60,533 nt of DNA from IMG/VR virus record IMGVR_UViG_3300023081_000006, one strand, 5' to 3'. This DNA is from an uncultured virus (IMG/VR IMGVR_UViG_3300023081_000006). Its lineage: Duplodnaviria > Heunggongvirae > Uroviricota > Caudoviricetes. The translations under genes were made by a program, and so were the position numbers. Under the pieces are notes generated by a model that saw nothing but the letters and a program-made list of their open reading frames with translations, was not told the origin of the DNA and ran no database searches. The first letter of the stretch is position 1. Each line of letters starts with the position of its first letter. Of this stretch, positions 56,224 to 60,533 are shown piece after piece.

Positions 56224-56673
56224 ATGGCAGAAATAGAAATAGGAGAAATGAAAATAACCGGGGGAAAACTTCTGGTTATACTTCCTCTTCTAGGTACTTT
56301 ATTCGGGGCTCTTTGGGCAGGGTTTGAACTGTATCAAAGATTATTGACAGCTGAGGAAGCTATTGTTAATTATGTTTCCCCGGACTTCTCACATTATGAT
56401 GAAAATCTAGCAGTATTGCAGACACAGTTAGAAAATATCGAGGCAGATATAGATGAAATTATGGACGATATTAATTCTGTGGAAAAGCTAGCTAGAGATA
56501 CAGATGATAACGTAGCTGAAACTCAAAGGGAACTAAGAGATGACGTTTACGCTTTAGAAGAGCGAGTCAACGATTCCTTGAGAGAAACAGACAGGAGTGT
56601 ACGTGAACTAAGAGAAGACTTAGAAGAAAGAATTGAAAAGATTTTAGACAATCCTCTCAACAACGAGGACTAG
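56224..56673 (+). CDS. Membrane-anchored coiled-coil protein
   Basis: N-terminal TM (LLVILPLLGTLFGALWAGF), heptad-rich body, C-terminal LDNPL. Confidence 0.75.
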   Translation: MAEIEIGEMKITGGKLLVILPLLGTLFGALWAGFELYQRLLTAEEAIVNYVSPDFSHYDENLAVLQTQLENIEADIDEIMDDINSVEKLARDTDDNVAETQRELRDDVYALEERVNDSLRETDRSVRELREDLEERIEKILDNPLNNED

Positions 56674-56684
56674 AGCATGTGTAC

Positions 56685-56710
56685 AACGGGGAGCATTAGC
56701 TTCCCGTTTA
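56685..56710. terminator. Hairpin between convergent genes
   Basis: AACGGGGAGC-ATTA-GCTTCCCGTT. Confidence 0.6.
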
Positions 56711-57358
56711 ACACTTCAAAGTCTTTCTCCCTGGCGATCTATAGTCTTCGTATAATGCTGTTTTAATTGTATGACAACAAACACAAAGTGTTTGTAAATT
56801 TTCCTGATTGTTGTTGGAGGGATCTCCATCAATATGATCCACATGTAACAATCCGTTCCATGCAGGATCCACATTAGTATTTTGTTCAAATATTTTAGGA
56901 TGAGATTGAGGATTGATAATTGTAGTCGTACACTTAAACCCTAACCTACCGTCAATGTTTTCACAAAATGTTTTTCTATACTTCAGATATTTATGACTTG
57001 CTTTAGATCTGTCGCCGTGAGATAAGAAACCGGCATCTTCTGCTAATTTATTTTTGTATTCTTTTGTATTACTAAACCCTTGCCTGTCTGCTCTGTCTTT
57101 CTTACAACATTCAGAACACCACATCAACCAATAATAACCTTGCCTTTCTCCGCCCTGTACAGATGGCTTATTATGACAGCCTCTGGTTTGACACACTTTA
57201 GGTCTATCCTTGTGTTCACTAGCTGCCTTAGAAGTATCAAAAACAGGCAACCCGTGCTTATTAACCCTTCTAACAGACTTGGTTCTTTTGTAGTTACTAG
57301 CGTTGTCTAGTATATACTGTGGTACCTTTTGCTTAGATGCGCTAACTTTCATAGTCAT
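56708..57358 (-). CDS. HNH endonuclease
   Basis: LHVDHIDGDPSNN..ENLQTLCVCCHTIKT; N-terminal Cys clusters. Confidence 0.85.
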   Translation of the reverse strand: MTMKVSASKQKVPQYILDNASNYKRTKSVRRVNKHGLPVFDTSKAASEHKDRPKVCQTRGCHNKPSVQGGERQGYYWLMWCSECCKKDRADRQGFSNTKEYKNKLAEDAGFLSHGDRSKASHKYLKYRKTFCENIDGRLGFKCTTTIINPQSHPKIFEQNTNVDPAWNGLLHVDHIDGDPSNNNQENLQTLCVCCHTIKTALYEDYRSPGRKTLKC

Positions 57359-57378
57359 TTCCTCATTTTGTATATAAA

Positions 57379-57407
57379 ATTATACGACAAAACGGTACAA
57401 AAGTCAA
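57379..57407 (-). promoter_or_regulatory. Sigma70-type promoter TTGACT-N17-TATAAT
   Basis: -35 at 57402-57407, -10 at 57379-57384, upstream of the HNH gene. Confidence 0.75.
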
Positions 57408-57943
57408 GCATTTCTTTGTTTTTTAAGTTCCTGATATAACTGATAATCTTTTTCGTAATACTTGATTATTTGTTTTTCAAGCCTATCATCCATCTTTGAA
57501 AGAACCCAATCCTTCACTTGACGTCTCATCCACGTAGAATCCATACTGTTTATCCTTTCCGATTTAGGGAAAAGGCTGGGAATGTCTTCAAACAAATAAA
57601 ATTGATTTACTGTAAAGTTTTCAAAAAACCTATGTTGCGGTGCTGTGTGAGCATCATACTCTATCTTGTTGTATAGATCATCGTAAGTTGGCTGATTTGC
57701 AATTACAAAGTACCCTCCCGTTTTTCTTGATAGATATTCGGACATGCCGGACACCCACCTATCCACGGGGTCTCTTATAACGACAGTAAGTGGGTAATTG
57801 AAAATTGTTTCATTGTATAAAAGACCGTCATGCTTTGACAGTTCTCTTAATAGTGATGAAGCATTTTTAGGTATAGTCAACCAAGCAGAGCCTGATATGA
57901 GACAGCAAGATCCCAATTGGTGTTCGTGTATAAGAGTTGCCAT
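57404..57943 (-). CDS. Sulfotransferase family 2-like protein
   Basis: IPKNASS, RDPVDRWVSG, HTAPQ, YY..DY.L. Confidence 0.75.
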   Translation of the reverse strand: MATLIHEHQLGSCCLISGSAWLTIPKNASSLLRELSKHDGLLYNETIFNYPLTVVIRDPVDRWVSGMSEYLSRKTGGYFVIANQPTYDDLYNKIEYDAHTAPQHRFFENFTVNQFYLFEDIPSLFPKSERINSMDSTWMRRQVKDWVLSKMDDRLEKQIIKYYEKDYQLYQELKKQRNA

Positions 57944-57991
57944 CAGTCGAAATCAAAACGCAGTTGAGCTTCCTCAACAACAGAAAATGGT

Positions 57992-58252
57992 TTAAGATCT
58001 CTGCTTTTGTTTTCTTCGATAGTAATTGTTTCGATGTTTCCCAGGGTTACGGACGTTATTATTTCCGGGTACACTTTTCGCCTCCCCTACAAGCTCTTCT
58101 AAAATACCAAAAAGTTCTGACGCAATAAAAAGTCCTGCAAACATTTTTACCATAACATCTGGTACTGCTAGTAGTAAAAAACCTGCGAGTATTCTTAAAA
58201 ACGACTTAATTAATGATATGTGAAAATGTGTTAATTGATCTTCTGTTCTCAA
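57992..58252 (-). CDS. Small membrane protein
   Basis: HFHISLIKSFLRI...E.FGILEELV; two hydrophobic segments. Confidence 0.65.
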   Translation of the reverse strand: MRTEDQLTHFHISLIKSFLRILAGFLLLAVPDVMVKMFAGLFIASELFGILEELVGEAKSVPGNNNVRNPGKHRNNYYRRKQKQRS

Positions 58253-59613
58253 AATAAATCCTCCAATGATGTAGTTTCTTCAACCATAGGGTTGAATTCA
58301 CTTCCTTGTTTAGTTATATATGTATCTTCCAATAATTGTGTTAAAGTTATTTGACTTTGTTTCTTATAAACAGTATGAACATCATCTATTGCAATACTTT
58401 GTCTTTTTAATATGTTCAAATAATAGTGTAACAATCCAAAACTCTGTTCACTTTCATCTACTGCTTTTGTAAGAGCATTTTCCACATTACTTTGTCCTGC
58501 ATAGGAATCTGTTTCTACAAATTCTTTCCAGGATTTTATAGTATATTGATCTATGCTATATAGGGTTCTGAGTCGCCCCTCATACATTAGATCATCTGTG
58601 TTATATGCACTTTTTAATTCCTCAACATAGTCGTTGCCTAGTGGAACTACAAGTCCTGCAAAGTTGTTCCACCAATCATACTTTTCCAAGCAAAAGGTTG
58701 GGCAAGAGTGTAAACTCTCAAAAGCACTAAAGCCAAATGACTCCAACTGTGCTGGGTGAAATGCTATTTTAGCACTTCGTATAAAGTCTACCTTCTCCTG
58801 CCCAATTATGCTTGCCCGTATTTCATACTTGGTAAAGTTATGCTCTTTAAAGTATGCCTCAAACTTTTCCTTACCTTTAGCATTTGTAAGTACCTTAGCT
58901 GGGACGTCCATTTCTATTACGGCGTCACAAAATACTTTGGGGTTCTTGCGTGGTTCCCAACGTCCTGTGAACAACACCCCTTCCTTTTCAACGTCGACAT
59001 TGAACAAAAGCTGTAGTTCTGGAACCCGCATAGGCAAAGCTACGGATTTGAGGTTAAAGTTTTCCTGAATGTGCTTGGTGTTTAGTGAAGTTTGTGTTCC
59101 GATTGTTAAACCGGGTAATTGTAGGAGATTCTGCATATAATATACGCATGCCTCACTAAACACCTTATTAGCACCTTTTTCTAAAAAGATAAAGTTTTCT
59201 GAATGAGTGTAAAAGACTACAGGTACAAAGCGCTGTAAGCCTAAGTTGTAAATTGTGGATACAGCATCAGGGCTGTTAATTAACACCATATCATATATGT
59301 TACGTTCTAAGGCATCTAACATATTGGCCCTAACGTTTAACATACGTTCAAAGTTCATTGTGTCTTCAAACACGAATGTCTTGTTGTGGTTGGTGTATTG
59401 CTGTGTTCCTTGACTGTAAAAAAGGTTGACGTTATCTTGTTCTTGTAAGTAATCTACTAAGCTACTTTTAGCAGGAGCCTTATCCAATATAATATGAACA
59501 GCCCATTCTAGTTCTTTTGCCATATCGACAAAAGATTTACAGAACTGTCCTATGCCACCGTGAGGAATACAATGTTGTGCTGTTATAACAAAGGCTATTT
59601 TTCTTTTGAACAT
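58249..59613 (-). CDS. GT-B (GT4-like) glycosyltransferase
   Basis: PHGGIG, LFTGRWEPRKN, ESFGFSAFES. Confidence 0.8.
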   Translation of the reverse strand: MFKRKIAFVITAQHCIPHGGIGQFCKSFVDMAKELEWAVHIILDKAPAKSSLVDYLQEQDNVNLFYSQGTQQYTNHNKTFVFEDTMNFERMLNVRANMLDALERNIYDMVLINSPDAVSTIYNLGLQRFVPVVFYTHSENFIFLEKGANKVFSEACVYYMQNLLQLPGLTIGTQTSLNTKHIQENFNLKSVALPMRVPELQLLFNVDVEKEGVLFTGRWEPRKNPKVFCDAVIEMDVPAKVLTNAKGKEKFEAYFKEHNFTKYEIRASIIGQEKVDFIRSAKIAFHPAQLESFGFSAFESLHSCPTFCLEKYDWWNNFAGLVVPLGNDYVEELKSAYNTDDLMYEGRLRTLYSIDQYTIKSWKEFVETDSYAGQSNVENALTKAVDESEQSFGLLHYYLNILKRQSIAIDDVHTVYKKQSQITLTQLLEDTYITKQGSEFNPMVEETTSLEDLF

Positions 59614-60329
59614 GCTATATAATCGTCTCCATTAATACGTTTTACTTCATAGTTTAACATATCTAACCATTCTGTCAAGCCTGTCCAATACCAATCCCAC
59701 ATTTCAAACAGTATAACAGGTTTATCTCGCTTTATTATTTGTATGGCACCTTCTAATACTTTCTTTTCCATACCTTCTACATCAAGTTTAATTACGGAGA
59801 CATTCTCTATTTCATCAATATATTGATCCAATCTCTTTGACTTGTATATTAATGTATCACGAGCACCCATTTCCATAGGTGTTCTTTTTGTGTACCCTTG
59901 CTTTTCCAGTATTCTTTGCCTAAGTTCCGTATCAAAACACATGGCACCTGAATTGTATTCAGCATCATCACCACTGTATTTTACCTTGGGAGCGTGTAAT
60001 ATGATGTTAGGTTTATTGGATAATACTTGATTGTATGCTTTGAAGTTGTTGAGCTCATTAAGTTCGGCGTTTGCAATTAGCTCTTTAAATACTTCAAGCT
60101 GTGGCTCAAATGCTATAAACTGGGTATCGGGAAACTGAACGGCCAAAGGAATAACAAAGGATCCAAAATTAGATCCAATGTCCAACACCGTTGACTTAGG
60201 CGTAATATACTTTTTAGCAGACTTCTTTACTTTCGGTTCAAAGTCACCTGTTTTGTCAATAAAGCCAAATATTAAATCTCTACGCGGCAGTACATGCCAC
60301 TTAATACCTTTTCTCTTAATTGTTTCCAT
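59595..60329 (-). CDS. FkbM-family methyltransferase (start reassigned to ATG 60329)
   Basis: LDIGSNFG, AFEP, IKLDVEGME..VLEGA, P.I.FE. Confidence 0.88.
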   Translation of the reverse strand: METIKRKGIKWHVLPRRDLIFGFIDKTGDFEPKVKKSAKKYITPKSTVLDIGSNFGSFVIPLAVQFPDTQFIAFEPQLEVFKELIANAELNELNNFKAYNQVLSNKPNIILHAPKVKYSGDDAEYNSGAMCFDTELRQRILEKQGYTKRTPMEMGARDTLIYKSKRLDQYIDEIENVSVIKLDVEGMEKKVLEGAIQIIKRDKPVILFEMWDWYWTGLTEWLDMLNYEVKRINGDDYIACSKEK

Positions 60330-60345
60330 AATAAATTCAACGCAG

Positions 60346-60533
60346 TTATCGCGAAGCGCTTGGCTCGTCCGTAGTAATAGTAACCGTTCCACTCAAAAGA
60401 TCTTTTAGTCCACCCACCTTTTCGTCCGTAGTAATAGTAACCGTTCCACCCATCGTTAAATCAGCATCAGCAGAGTCGGTTACATTAAAGTTATAATTAG
60501 CATCAGAGGCCCAATCCATGGGGAGTTCATATT
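60346..60533 (-). CDS. Partial CDS (C-terminus), hypothetical
   Basis: Open frame ...YELPMDWASDANYNFNVTDSADADLTMGGTVTITTDEKVGGLKDLLSGTVTITTDEPSASR*. Confidence 0.55.
   Translation of the reverse strand, partial: YELPMDWASDANYNFNVTDSADADLTMGGTVTITTDEKVGGLKDLLSGTVTITTDEPSASR
60365..60449. repeat. 28-bp exact direct repeat (2 copies, 29 bp apart)
   Basis: TCGTCCGTAGTAATAGTAACCGTTCCAC at 60365-60392 and 60422-60449. Confidence 0.9.

Noticed and set aside
60365..60449. 28-bp repeats with a 29-bp spacer resembling a mini-CRISPR
   Set aside because: Only two copies, not palindromic, and the 57-nt period is in frame within an ORF (GTVTITTDE twice); an intragenic duplication
1..60533. Stop-codon reassignment
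   Set aside because: Core genes are full length in the standard code and no suppressor tRNA is present

Overview
AT-rich segment of a large T4-like (Tevenvirinae/marine cyano- and pelagiphage-type) myovirus genome. 1-31 kb is the tail/baseplate module: a 2329-aa virion protein with a Hint domain, then gp8, gp7, gp6, gp25, PAAR, gp5, hub, gp53 and gp48 on the minus strand, and gp4, gp2, gp54, gp26, gp51 and a probable tape measure on the plus strand. Next come three tRNAs (Ile-UAU, Leu-UAA, Arg-UCU), gp32/gp59/gp33, a SleB hydrolase, a Cas4-like exonuclease and PhoH. The rest is a long tailoring-enzyme region (3 radical SAM enzymes, carbamoyltransferase, epimerases, SGNH-like, methyl-, sulfo- and glycosyltransferases), a three-gene secreted/membrane operon and an HNH nuclease. 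T4 late promoters (TATAAATA) and near-perfect sigma70 promoters are readable. The most striking locus (35.8-36.4 kb) is a late-promoter-driven, circularly permuted two-piece tmRNA (tag ANDEVFSLAA). Its intervening segment encodes a minimal Bfd-like 4-Cys motif, and its post-tag pseudoknot is duplicated with compensatory changes around a small ORF. Also notable is a T-TTT-TTC -1 slippery site that would fuse gp26 to gp51 just before the tape measure gene. All protein calls come from motif recognition and gene order, not database searches.
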